From positions 47,035,405 through 47,099,404 of the forward strand of contig NC_068996.1 of NCBI RefSeq assembly GCF_001194135.2: 64,000 nucleotides of DNA, given 5' to 3'. How positions within the stretch are numbered: position 1 is the first letter of the stretch; each line of letters opens with the position of its first letter. The notes beneath the pieces were generated by a model. That model saw nothing but the letters and a program-made list of their open reading frames with translations, ran no database searches and was not told the DNA's origin. Of the stretch, positions 37,247 through 49,994 are shown piece by piece. The DNA comes from Octopus bimaculoides (taxonomy: Eukaryota). The translations under genes and the position numbers were made by a program.

Positions 37247-38130
37247 CTTCTCTCACACGCTTACTACCTGATCTATTCCTTTAATCTGAATGCATCAATC
37301 AAAACACTGCCTGGATTTACCTGAGATTATACTTAAGGGATTATACCTTCATGGAACTCCATACAAGATGAACTGTGAACTTTATTCTTCTCTCTACTCT
37401 TTTATTCTTCTATATTCTATGAATTCTCTGTCTGGAACTTTCCTACATACACACCTTGTCTCTGATGACAGTGTATGGGGATGTTGACCCATCACCTGCG
37501 ATATCCCAGTAACAGCTGTAAGACATTAATTACTTCTACTTCTCCATTTTTGATACACCTTACTCTAATTAGAGATCTTAAATGACCTGAGATACTTTGT
37601 TCTGTCTTGGTTTTGTTTTCTTTTTTCCCTTAACACACACACACACGTATATTTGTATGTCTGTGTTATTGTATCTGTGTTTGTCTCCTTACCATTGCTT
37701 GGTGTGTTTATGTCCCCGTTTCTTAGTGGTTTGACAAAAGAGGTTGATAGCATATGTACTAGACCTAAAAAGAATAAGTCCTGGGATCGATTTCTTTGAC
37801 TAAAACTTTGTAAGGCGGTGCTCCAGCATGGCCACAGTCAAATGATTGAAACAAGTAAATGAATAAAAGAATATATATATATATTATGTATTTCACTAAT
37901 AAGAATTATAATCACATAAGTATTCATTGAATTACATGAAATGAAGTGGAATATGCATTGGTACATTAGTGCAAACAATGTGATTTGCAAAGCGCAGTGA
38001 AATTTGACCTGCAAACAAATATCCAGTGTGTAAATATGTAAGACTGGATGTAAGCATAATCTAAGTACAATCTAGGCATAATCATTAATAACCTACTTTT
38101 ACTTGTAATGAATTTTCAAAGTGTATAATG

Positions 38131-38170
<40 letters not shown>

Positions 38171-39021
38171 TGAGCAAGTCAAGTCATGTTAGTAGAATGC
38201 TAGGCAACCGTCTGAGAGGTTAATGGTTTGTATGTATGTACACTAGTCTGAACATGCCGCTGAGTGACTCTTTGAAAATAATATGGACATGGGACTGATC
38301 CTGCTGCATGGCACCATGGTGGATTGTCGGAATGGTGNNNNNNNNNNNNNNNNNNNNNNNNNNNNNNNNNNNNNNNNNNNNNNNNNNNNNNNNNNNNNNN
38401 NNNNNNNNNNNNNNNNNNNNNNNNNNNNNNNNNNNNNTTTTGGTAATTTGTCCTGTACTTACCACTCATGTGTCTATGTATTTTTCATGTATTTCACATA
38501 TATATATGTATACAGACATAAATCTTAAATAAATGGATGCTTAAACACACACAAATAGACAAAGACTGATAGATAGATTGGTAAACACACTGTTGACGAC
38601 AAAACCACAAACAAAATCAGATACCATGGAAGAAATGTACTGTAATAAAACACAGTAAATGAAGACGGAACACACTCACAGCACCCACCCACCCTTCCCA
38701 CACACAGACTGTCATTATCAGCCATTATCAGCTGCTGCCACCTCTAATTTAAATCAATTACAATTTATAGAACGATAAATAATAACGAATGGAACATATG
38801 AAATATATTACAGATATCTCATATTACACCCACACATATGCATACACACACACACACACACACACACTCATACACACACACTCATACATACATAATACAC
38901 ACTCATACAAGCACGTACATGCACACAGACACACATACATACATACACGCTCATACACACACACGTACACATACACACTCATACACACATGTGCACACTC
39001 ATATACACTCACACCACATGT

Positions 39022-39063
<42 letters not shown>

Positions 39064-39291
39064 GGATGCTCACTATTGCTCTACAATGTGTGGAGCACCT
39101 CCATATACTGGCAGGCTTCATAGGGTATGTCTGCTTCCTAACCACTTGGTTCTGAGTTCAGTCCCACTGTGTGGCACCTTGGGCAAGCGTTTTCTACTAT
39201 AGCCCTAGAGCAACCAAGAACTTGTGAATGCATTTAGTAAATGGAAACTGAAAGAAACCTGTCGCGCGCACACACACACACACACACACAT

Positions 39292-39342
<51 letters not shown>

Positions 39343-40249
39343 NNNNNNNNNNNNNNNNNNNNNNNNNNNNNNNNNNNNNNNNNNNNNNNNNNNNNNNNNN
39401 NNNNNNNNNNNNNNNNNNNNNNNNNNNNNNNNNNNNNNNNNNNNNNNNNNNNNNNNNNNNNNNNNNNNNNNNNNNNNNNNNNNNNNNNNNNNNNNNNNNN
39501 NNNNNNNNNNNNNNNNNNNNNNNNNNNNNNNNNNNNNNNNNNNNNNNNNNNNNNNNNNNNNNNNNNNNNNNNNNNNNNNNNNNNNNNNNNNNNNNNNNNN
39601 NNNNNNNNNNNNNNNNNNNNNNNNNNNNNNNNNNNNNNNNNNNNNNNNNNNNNNNNNNNNNNNNNNNNNNNNNNNNNNNNNNNNNNNNNNNNNNNNNNNN
39701 NNNNNNNNNNNNNNNNNNNNNNNNNNNNNNNNNNNNNNNNNNNNNNNNNNNNNNNNNNNNNNNNNNNNNNNNNNNNNNNNNNNNNNNNNNNNNNNNNNNN
39801 NNNNNNNNNNNNNNNNNNNNNNNNNNNNNNNNNNNNNNNNNNNNNNNNNNNNNNNNNNNNNNNNNNNNNNNNNNNNNNNNNNNNNNNNNNNNNNNNNNNN
39901 NNNNNNNNNNNNNNNNNNNNNNNNNNNNNNNNNNNNNNNNNNNNNNNNNNNNNNNNNNNNNNNNNNNNNNNNNNNNNNNNNNNNNNNNNNNNNNNNNNNN
40001 NNNNNNNNNNNNNNNNNNNNNNNNNNNNNNNNNNNNNNNNNNNNNNNNNNNNNNNNNNNNNNNNNNNNNNNNNNNNNNNNNNNNNNNNNNNNNNNNNNNN
40101 NNNNNNNNNNNNNNNNNNNNNNNNNNNNNNNNNNNNNNATAATATATATACATATATGCATATATACACACATACATGTACATGCCTACATATATATGTA
40201 TATATACATGCATGTATGGGTACAGGACGTCAGTTGTCACTGAACACTA

Positions 40250-41716
40250 CTAAGGGTGTAAACCCACCAACATTGCTAGAGATAAGAGCTAAAATGCTCT
40301 AATGCTGTAGGAGAAGCACATAAATGTGCACGTATGAGGTCTGATCAACAAGTATGTGGAAAGTTGCCATAGTAATGAAGCTAAAACATGCAGAGTGAAG
40401 CTGCTTCGTACAGATTGACTTTGAACTTTGCTGTGCATGCACACTAAGTTTTAACATTCTAGCTCACTTCCGCTGTTTACAGCAGTGCTTGGAAGGGAGG
40501 TGTGTAGTGTGTGATTGTTGCATTTACTATGACAAAGTTGAGCAGAGAATCTGCATCAAATGTTGCCAAAAGCTTGGCGATGCCTGCTCAGAGGCCTACA
40601 CAAAGTTTTGAAAAAGTATTCATCATTCTCAACACAACCAAGGAGATTTTGTGCAACTGAAACCTGTCTCTTTGGTCAGCTGAAAGCAGTTTTGGCACAA
40701 ACCTGGCAGACATGCATCTCATACCCAAATCTTCAGTGATAAAACTCACAGATGGTGATTTGATGATTTCCTCTCACAGCTGCACGCATATCTACAATGC
40801 TTTTCTCAGTTCTGCTGGTTGCGGGTCTCCCAGAATGTTTGTCAATATCGACATTTTTTTGGCCATCTTAGAAATGTCTGAACCACATGTACACTCGTGT
40901 GTGGTTCATACACTCCTCTTCATGCACTATCTGCAACTTTGCATCAACCTCTGAGCAGGTATTGCGATGACAACTTTCTCTGTCATGGTCAATGCGACAA
41001 TCACATGCTACACACCTTTCTTCCAAGCCCTGCTGTAAACAGCAGAAGTGAGCTAGAATGTCAAGACTTAGTGCACATACACAGCAGAGTTAATTTTTGC
41101 CAAGCAGCTTCACTCTGCATGCTTTAGCTTTATTACTATGGCAACAGTCTGGCTATTGTTGATCAGACCTCGTATACTCTCATAGGTGTTGTAATCACAC
41201 AAAACACTGACTCAAGAATTTCTTTGACAGAACGTCCAGTTTCAGCTATTTCCGTAGCCTTCATCAGTAAGGATCACTCATTTTGCTGATTCCAGGCCAA
41301 TCCTCCTGTCACCAAATATGCATTTACCATAAAAATTTATGAGTGGTTTAGTGGATCACTGATGTGTATAGAAAAATTAATATAAACAGCCATGCACAAT
41401 GTGATACCATAAAGGAAAGGTATAAACATCACACTGTGCACGGCTGTGTATATTAAATTTTTGTATACACATTAGTGATCCACTAAATCATCCATAAATT
41501 TTTATGGTAAATGCGTATTTGGTGACAGGAGTATATATACTGATAGTGGATTAAGCCTGGAAATAACTGAACAAGCGGTCCTGCTGATGAAGGCTAGAGA
41601 AATAGCTAAAACTGAACATTCTGTGAGCATATGTGTGTATATTTATGTGGTTTTCCTATAGCATTAAAGCATTTTAGCTCTTATTTCTAGCAATGTAGGT
41701 GTCTTGGCACACTTAA
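40250..41716. repeat. Large imperfect palindrome (PLE-terminal-repeat-like), left arm interrupted by the mariner foldback
   Basis: acattgctagagataagagctaaaatgctc (40270) versus gcattttagctcttatttctagcaatgt (41670); inner arms centred at ~41413. Confidence 0.8.
40335..41172. mobile_element. Mariner-derived foldback element made of two 5' arms
   Basis: TA-flanked; both ends read (C/T)GAGGTCTGATCAA; ~270-bp inverted arms; the left arm encodes KVEQRICIKCCQKLG (+) and the right arm encodes ...SGRP...MSARFVPKLLS (-). Confidence 0.85.
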
Positions 41717-41781
41717 TTATGTTGAGTGACATATTTTTCCTTTATGGTATCACATTGTGCGTAGCTGTTTATATTAATTTT

Positions 41782-41822
<41 letters not shown>

Positions 41823-42457
41823 TTAATAATGAGGGTAGAAATTGATATTAATCAATTAAAACCAGTGGTCTAGCATATTTAAAAAACTCCGAAGATTAAA
41901 ATTATATTACATACAAAATTAAGAGGAATGACCACCAAAAGTGGACTCCTATATGCTAGAAATAGATGCCAAATCACTTCGTGGTTAGGTGATTTGGCAT
42001 CTATTTCTAGCATATAGGNNNNNNNNNNNNNNNNNNNNNNNNNNNNNNNNNNNNNNNNNNNNNNNNNNNNNNNNNNNNNNNNNNNNNNNNNNNNNNNNNN
42101 NNNNNNNNNNNNNNNNNNNNNNNNNNNNNNNNNNNNNNNNNNNNNNNNNNNNNNNNNNNNNNNNNNNNNNNNNNNNNNNNNNNNNNNNNNNNNNNNNNNN
42201 NNNNNNNNNNNNNNNNNNNNNNNNNNNNNNNNNNNNNNNNNNNNNNNNNNNNNNNNNNNNNNNNNNNNNNNNNNNNNNNNNNNNNNNNNNNNNNNNNNNN
42301 NNNNNNNNNNNNNNNNNNNNNNNNNNNNNNNNNNNNNNNNNNNNNNNNNNNNNNNNNNNNNNNNNNNNNNNNNNNNNNNNNNNNNNNNNNNNNNNNNNNN
42401 NNNNNNNNNNNNNNNNNNNNNNNNNNNNNNNNNNNNNNNNNNNNNNNNNNNNNNNNN

Positions 42458-42495
<38 letters not shown>

Positions 42496-43732
42496 TAATA
42501 ATACTAAAATTCTAGGGATGTTTGTTTGTACCAAAATATCTCAGAAGTAGTATATTTTATCTTAATTCTTTTTATTTTCATACTTACCTTCAGCAGTGCA
42601 GTACAAATTTTTGTGGCATTTGGACCTCTATTTGTTAATGAAAATGAGTAAACAATTTTTGTTTGTTATTTCTTGAAAAAACACATGGCTTTCATGATGT
42701 CAACACACATAGACACATACAGAATACACACACGTGTAATGAATATCGTGGTGTGTCAATCAACACAAACACACATCAGTTATCTGTGACATATACACAC
42801 AGTCTTCATGCTCTCTAAGAAAAAACAACGTCGACTTTTTGATGTACACAATTTTTTAATCATTTAGAAATATTTTTAACTGAATGTGATTTCAAATATG
42901 TAAGTTGGTTGTACAGTAAGTGTTTATATTTTAGCTTTCTTTAAACAGACAATATTTTAATGGTTTTTAAAATTATTTTTGAGTCATTAATTTCCGTAAA
43001 ATTTATTTATTTATTTACTTTTGTTTTAAAGCGAAAGAGAGGAGAAAGTGAAAGATATATGTAGGTGTATATGAAATGTGTGTGTGTGTGTGAAAGAGAG
43101 AGAAAAAGTGAGAGAGGGAGAAAGGGAGAGTGAGTGAAGGGGTGTGTAGTCATGTATACGTACATACATCAATACATATGCATAAATCTTTTTTGTATGT
43201 ATGTGTGCATGTGTGTGTGTGAAAGAGAGAGAGGGAAAGAGAGTGAGTGAGTGAATGTATGTGTTCTCATGTATGTATAAGTGGCACTCTCTCTCTCTGT
43301 CTTACACACACACACTCATGTCCATTTTTTACAGAATTTAACAAACAAAACCAGCTGATCTGGTTGACAGTTCTGAGAGGCAAAGTGAAAGATCACCCTA
43401 AGGGAAAACCATTACAAAAATTTTTTCAAGGGCATTCAACATATCTTGGCTCCAAAAATTTGGCTGCTATTTCTAGCACGCCTTTCCACTACATGACAGC
43501 TATTTGCGATAAAGGACCCAAAATACCTATTACATGGTAGCAGGGCATGCAAGAAATAGCAGCCAAATCTTTCCTTTTTCTTGGGAAAGGAGCCATTTAT
43601 GCGTGATTTTGATGTGACATTCATTAAAAGCATGCAAAATAACCTGGAAAATAAAAAAAAAAACCCATGAAACAAAACTCCTTTGCTGGGAAACTCAGAC
43701 TTTCCAGATGACTCAATGGGTCACGGGTTGTC

Positions 43733-43769
<37 letters not shown>

Positions 43770-44087
43770 TCAAATTAAAAATTTAAAAGAGAGTTTTGAC
43801 GCTGATATCCATTATTATTGAAATTTATTCCTATGTTAACATTTCTGTATAAGGCTATATTTTACTGTCAAATTCAAGTCAAATATATAATTTACCTTAC
43901 ACATGTGTGTATATATACAAGTAGTGTTGTTTATATTTTATTTTCTCTCTTTGTTTCTTTCTGTGTTCCTTTCTGTGGAAGAGCATAGGCTCAAAACGTT
44001 AAAGACTTTTTCACTTCTCAAGCATTAAACTAATACATCTGTTTGTTGTCTAGACCACCTGTCTTCGTCTTTTGTTGTGAATTCTCC

Positions 44088-44143
<56 letters not shown>

Positions 44144-45399
44144 CTATCTGTTGGGACCTTTTTGTTGCATGTGTATGTGTCTGTATGTTGTGATGCATAT
44201 GTTTGACTCTCCTTAGCTCAGTAGTTACAACTGTTACTGACATACAGGTGGTGTCCTTCGTTTCCAGTCTTTCTGTATAAACATGTTGGGCATTGGCAAA
44301 ATATCATCTTACTTGGAAACAAGTGAGGTGTTGGTGATGGGAAAATCTGCATCATTGAATTCCATCTGATGCATGGAAGCTTGCAAACCTTCATATTAAA
44401 ATGATGATGATGAGGGAGAAGAAGATATAAGTATATCTATTTATTATTAGTGATGCAAACAGTATTAGTCTCAAAATAGCATTCTGCATATATCTTACCT
44501 CACTCAGATATGTTGTTGAAAGCCACAAAACTGTAGTATTCCTCTTAAGGAAAAATGAGTGATAAAATGCACAGAAGTAAATCAGTAGCAGACGGTGATA
44601 GATTTGCTAAATCATGATTTCAAAATCATTTTTGAGAATCATCAGCAGTAAGAATCGACTTATCAGCTGCATTCTTAGGCGAATTTCTTGATTTACCAAT
44701 TCCACTGCTTCTGCTGAACAATTTTGATCTACTGCTGATATACTTACTCTTTTACTTGCTTCAGTCATTTGACTGCAGCCATGCTGGAGCACTACCTTTA
44801 GTCGAGCAAATCGACTCCAGGACTTATTCTTTGTAAGCCTAGTACTTAATCTATTGGCCTCTTTTGCCGAACTGGTAAGTTACGGGGACGTAAATGCACC
44901 ACCACCAGTTGTCAAGTGATGTTGCGGGGGACAAGCACAGACACACAAACACATACACATACATACATACACACATACATATATATATATATATGTAAAT
45001 GTATAAAAATAAAAAGATAAAGAGAGCAATGGTAAGGTTGGAGAAGTATTTTATGGATAGAGTCTTACAGCTGTTTCTGGGAAGATCCAGTACTTCCCTT
45101 CNNNNNNNNNNNNNNNNNNNNNNNNNNNNNNNNNNNNNNNNNNNNNNNNNNNNNNNNNNNNNNNNNNNNNNNNNNNNNNNNNNNNNNNNNNNNNNNNNNN
45201 NNNNNNNNNNNNNNNNNNNNNNNNNNNNNNNNNNNNNNNNNNNNNNNNNNNNNNNNNNNNNNNNNNNNNNNNNNNNNNNNNNNNNNNNNNNNNNNNNNNN
45301 NNNNNNNNNNNNNNNNNNNNNNNNNNNNNNNNNNNTTAATGGTCAGTTGATCTTACAGGATAGAGGGGATGAGCATATAGAGAGAAGGAGGAATGGGGG

Positions 45400-45770
45400 G
45401 ATGAGGTTAAAAGGTCTAGTGAGTAGGAAGGTATGTGTGTGTGTAGTATATAGGTGGTGGGGGTATGAGTGATAAACCAAGGACAGAGATAAAGGGAGAG
45501 ATGGGTGAGAAAGGTAGTTAGTAGTATCATATTCTAGAATGTAGCCAAACCTATTTATAGACGGTGGAAAGGGATTTATTCAAAAGATGATAAAAGATTA
45601 ATGTTTTTGCCAGGTTGAATAGGTTGCCTGTTGGGGGTCGTGTGATTATGTTGCGTGATCGTTTGTGCAATTTTGCTTGTGATAGAACTTAAATGTGTGG
45701 AAAGAGCGGTGATTGCAGTTGCTAAACGCTTCGTTATATCGATTAAGTAGAGTGGGAGAATTGTGTACAA
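45400..45770 (-). mobile_element. Possible PLE C-terminal remnant
   Basis: PTLLNRYNEAFSNCNHRSF resembles the LN.R.E..S.C.H end of PLE endonuclease domains. Confidence 0.4.
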
Positions 45771-45814
45771 GTGGATTTGGTAGATGGAAACTGAAAGTAG
45801 CTTGTCGTATATAT

Positions 45815-45850
<36 letters not shown>

Positions 45851-46230
45851 ATATGTCTGTGTGTCTGTGTTTGTCCCCGCCACATCACTTGATAACCGAT
45901 GTTGGTGTGTTTACATCCTGTAACCTAGTGGTTTGGCAAATGAGACCAATAGAATAAGTACTAGGCTTACAAAGAATAAGTCCTGGGGTCAATTTGCTCA
46001 ACTGAAGGCAGTGCTCCAGCATGGCCACAGTTAAACGACTGAAACAAGCAAAAGAGTAAAAGAGCATATATACGACGGGCTTCTTTCAGTTTCCGTCTAC
46101 CAAATCCACTCACAAGGCTTTGCTCGGCCCGAGGCTATAGTAGAAGACACTTGCCCAAGGTGCCACACAGTGGGAATGAACCCGAACCATGTGGTTGGTA
46201 AGCAAGCTACTTACCACACAGCCACTCCCA
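45768..46230. mobile_element. Two SINE A copies tail-to-tail (+ 45768-46064; - 46068-46230)
   Basis: The + tail is followed directly by a reverse-oriented head and central part. Confidence 0.85.
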
Positions 46231-46602
46231 TGCCCAGGCTTCTTTTCGGCGCTTTATATCTACATGAGATACTTTCTCGAAACAAATGCCACAGTTTTCT
46301 GGCTTGCAGCAGTATACGCATGTGAAGTGAGACATACAGAATGATATATGTATTTATAACAGATAGAAGGGTTATGATGAAAATAAGATGCAGTTTATAT
46401 TATCTTTTCCCTATGTACATTTCCCCATTGGATGTTCCAAGTGAAATTGGATGCTGAATTATGACAGATCACCAGAAGAACACTTTATTGCATTATGTTA
46501 CCCAGATCAAATAATGCTTGAAGCTGGCGCTTTAAATTCACTAATAGCACTCATACATCTAACTGTACTGACAAGACATATTAATATACATACATACATA
46601 CA

Positions 46603-46638
<36 letters not shown>

Positions 46639-46644
46639 TATGGA

Positions 46645-46866
46645 TGTGCAATGGCCCAGTGGTTAGGGCACTGGACTCGCAGTCGGAGGATCGCGGTTTC
46701 GATTCCCAGACCAGGTGTTGTGTGTGTTTATTGAGCGAAAACACCTAGAGCTCTATGAGGGTCCAGCGGGGGGTGGGGGGTGGGGGTGGCGACCACTGTT
46801 GTACTCTTTAGCCCCAGCTTTCTCTCACTCTTTCTTCCTGTTTCTTGAGTTACACTGCGATGGACT
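46645..46866 (+). mobile_element. SINE family B, cut by a gap
   Basis: Homologous to 2614-2920, including the start of the gagt..ctgcgatggact tail. Confidence 0.85.
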
Positions 46867-47499
46867 NNNNNNNNNNNNNNNNNNNNNNNNNNNNNNNNNN
46901 NNNNNNNNNNNNNNNNNNNNNNNNNNNNNNNNNNNNNNNNNNNNNNNNNNNNNNNNNNNNNNNNNNNNNNNNNNNNNNNNNNNNNNNNNNNNNNNNNNNN
47001 NNNNNNNNNNNNNNNNNNNNNNNNNNNNNNNNNNNNNNNNNNNNNNNNNNNNNNNNNNNNNNNNNNNNNNNNNNNNNNNNNNNNNNNNNNNNNNNNNNNN
47101 NNNNNNNNNNNNNNNNNNNNNNNNNNNNNNNNNNNNNNNNNNNNNNNNNNNNNNNNNNNNNNNNNNNNNNNNNNNNNNNNNNNNNNNNNNNNNNNNNNNN
47201 NNNNNNNNNNNNNNNNNNNNNNNNNNNNNNNNNNNNNNNNNNNNNNNNNNNNNNNNNNNNNNNNNNNNNNNNNNNNNNNNNNNNNNNNNNNNNNNNNNNN
47301 NNNNNNNNNNNNNNNNNNNNNNNNNNNNNNNNNNNNNNNNNNNNNNNNNNNNNNNNNNNNNNNNNNNNNNNNNNNNNNNNNNNNNNNNNNNNNNNNNNNN
47401 NNNNNNNNNNNNNNNNNNNNNNNNNNNNNNNNNNNNNNNNNNNNNNNNNNNNNNNNNNNNNNNNNNNNNNNNNNNNNNNNNNNNNNNNNNNNNNNNNNC

Positions 47500-48125
47500 C
47501 ATCACGATTTCGCTTTCGTTTGCCCCAACAGGTCTTCGCAAGCCGAGTTTCATGTCCAATGAAGGAAACGTTGGGATGGGTGCCAGTCATTGAATTTAGT
47601 TCGATTTCGATTTCACTTGCCTCAACAGGTCTTCCCAAACGGAGTTTAGTGTCCAATGAAGGAAAGGTACGCATAAGTGGGCTGGCTATACCCCTGGTAG
47701 AGGCCTTGGATTTAGGTCTCACTTGGCTTGCTGGGTCTTCTCACCCACAGCATATTTACAAAGGTCTTGGTCAGAAGTCATTGCCTCGGTGAGGCCCAAT
47801 GTTCGAAGGTCGTGCTTCACCACCTCATCCCAGGTCTTCCTGGGACTACCTCTTCCACAGGTTCCCTCCACTGCTAAGGTGTAGCACTTTTTCACACAGC
47901 TGTCCTCATCCATTGTTGCCACATGACCATACCAGTGCAAGATACTTACACTCTGTCGAGTATGCACACTGACATTACACATCCATCGGAGCATACTGGC
48001 TTCATTCCTTGTGAGCCTACGCATGTCCTCAGCAGTCACAGCCCATGTTTCACTGCCATGTAGCATGGCTGTTCGTACACATGCATCATACAGTCTGCCT
48101 TTTACTCTGAGAGGCCCCTTGTCAC
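47500..48125 (-). mobile_element. 5'-truncated RTE LINE with internal deletion and tandem ~90-bp 3'UTR repeats
   Basis: LRVKGRLYDACVRTAMLHGSETW...GRGSPRKTWDEVVKHDLRTLGL...QAK*; ...aacaggtcttc...gtccaatgaaggaaa occurs twice at 47500-47670. Confidence 0.88.
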
Positions 48126-49100
48126 AAGCTTAGCTGCGTGGAGGTGTTTGTCTCTCTTTTGTAAACATAAGGACACAGGAAATGTGTCAAGAAGCGGTGC
48201 AGCTTCCTAGGCCTAACGAACAGTAGTATTATTCCCTTCAGGGGCCTGTCACATTAAGTTGACAGCATACAACTACTTCAAATTTTATTGTGTCTAGAGA
48301 GAGTCATTATGCCAATATTAATATCACATACACTGGATCAATTCCACTCCTTTATTATTAGTCAATTGGTTAAATATCCATTGTTTGTTAAATATCCAAC
48401 TAATAATCAATCATGGGATTGAACCAGTGCATGTGTGAATAATATTGGCATATTGACTCTCTCTGGACAACAAAATTTGATAGAAATGTTCCATCATTAT
48501 TCCTTGTGCTGATATGTGGGTTGGAGAACCTGATTGTTAATCAGAAGGCATGGAAGTCCATGCACTTCCAAAGTGAACATAGGAGACTACATGAAGAGAG
48601 GAGGTAACGTCCACTCCTATGAAAAACAATGTGCTGGAAGTGGAGGAGAATGAGTGTCCTGGATTGATGCTGTCATCCCGTTTGATGGACCATCATAAGC
48701 AAGTAAACAAGGATTCCAAAGCAGATGACATTGCATACAGCTGTAGCAATGACATCACGTTGCAGTTGTGGGTAGTGTCATGATGACATTCTTGGACAGT
48801 TGCTGATTATATGTGTTATGTCCTCCACTGAAGAGTTGCATGATTGTTACTTGTGGTTGCATTTGGGGATTTTAAAGTTTTCATGATATATTTTGTAGCT
48901 ATCTCCTGCTCTTGAATTTCAAAAGCACAGCCTTTGAAATATGATGTAACGGTCATGAGTCCAAGAGAGGCTATACTTTATGGTGTTTTGGAACTACATT
49001 GTTACAAAGTCAATTTTTAACTGCACAGTTCTGCTTGTGCCTATCACACATGATTTTCAAGTCTAAGTCTTCAGAATGTTTATTGTGGATCTGGCACATA

Positions 49101-49994
49101 TGCAAGGTAGTATCAAAAAGTCCCCCGGACTAGTTCTGTAGCATGCCAACAGATGGCAGCACACAGTTGCATGTGCAGTGATAGCTAGCAGTGACTTTCA
49201 TGAAGCAGTGTGCCGAGTGATGTCACTACATTTACTTTGCAAGTTGTGAAATTTGTGTTTTTGTGATCATGTGTATGGTGTAGTCTGCAATTTAGTCATG
49301 GACAGGAAATTGGAACAAAGAGCCAGCATGAAATTTTGCGTTAAACTCAACAAGTTTGCTATAGAGACATTGAGCATGCTTTGGCAAGCTTATGGTGATG
49401 AGGCAACGGGTCATACACAACATTTTGAGTGGCATAGGTCCCTCAAAAGTGAAAGGACATACCTGAAAGACAATGAGTAATCTGTAAAACCTGCCTTGGA
49501 TGTCGCCCCCAGAATTGTGGTATTGTGTCATGAGAAATTGTCTCCCAGGGCCAGACCATCAGTCAAGAGTTCTACTGTGACATTTTGAAGCATTTGAGGG
49601 AGGACATTTGGTGGAAGCAACCAGATCTGAGGAGCATGTAGAATTGGATGCTTCATGATGACAATGCACCCAGTCACCAAACTCTCCTCAATCGTGAGTT
49701 TCTCACTAAAAACAATGTGCTATCACTTCCACAGCTGCTCTATTCACCAGATTTAGCACCTACAGACTTCCATCTCTTCCTCAAGATGAAAATGCAGCTA
49801 AAATGTTGCTGATTTAATACCATTGTTGAGATCCAGATCGGAAAAGCCTTCCAGGCTGGATTCCCAAAGTGGAAGGAATACTGGGGCTGGTGCAAGGTGA
49901 CTATTTCGAAGGAGAGGATGTTAAAACTTAGGTAAAGAAGTTATTCTTTTTATTAAATATAACTAATCTAGGAACTTTTTGATATCACCTTGTA
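49101..49994 (+). mobile_element. Internally deleted mariner (D34D) with both TIRs
   Basis: TIRs tgcaaggtagtatcaaaaagtcccccggactagtt / aactaatctaggaactttttgatatcaccttgta, TA-flanked; MDRKLEQRASMKFCVKL N-terminus and HDDNAPSH...YSPDLAPTD (34-residue spacing). Confidence 0.9.
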
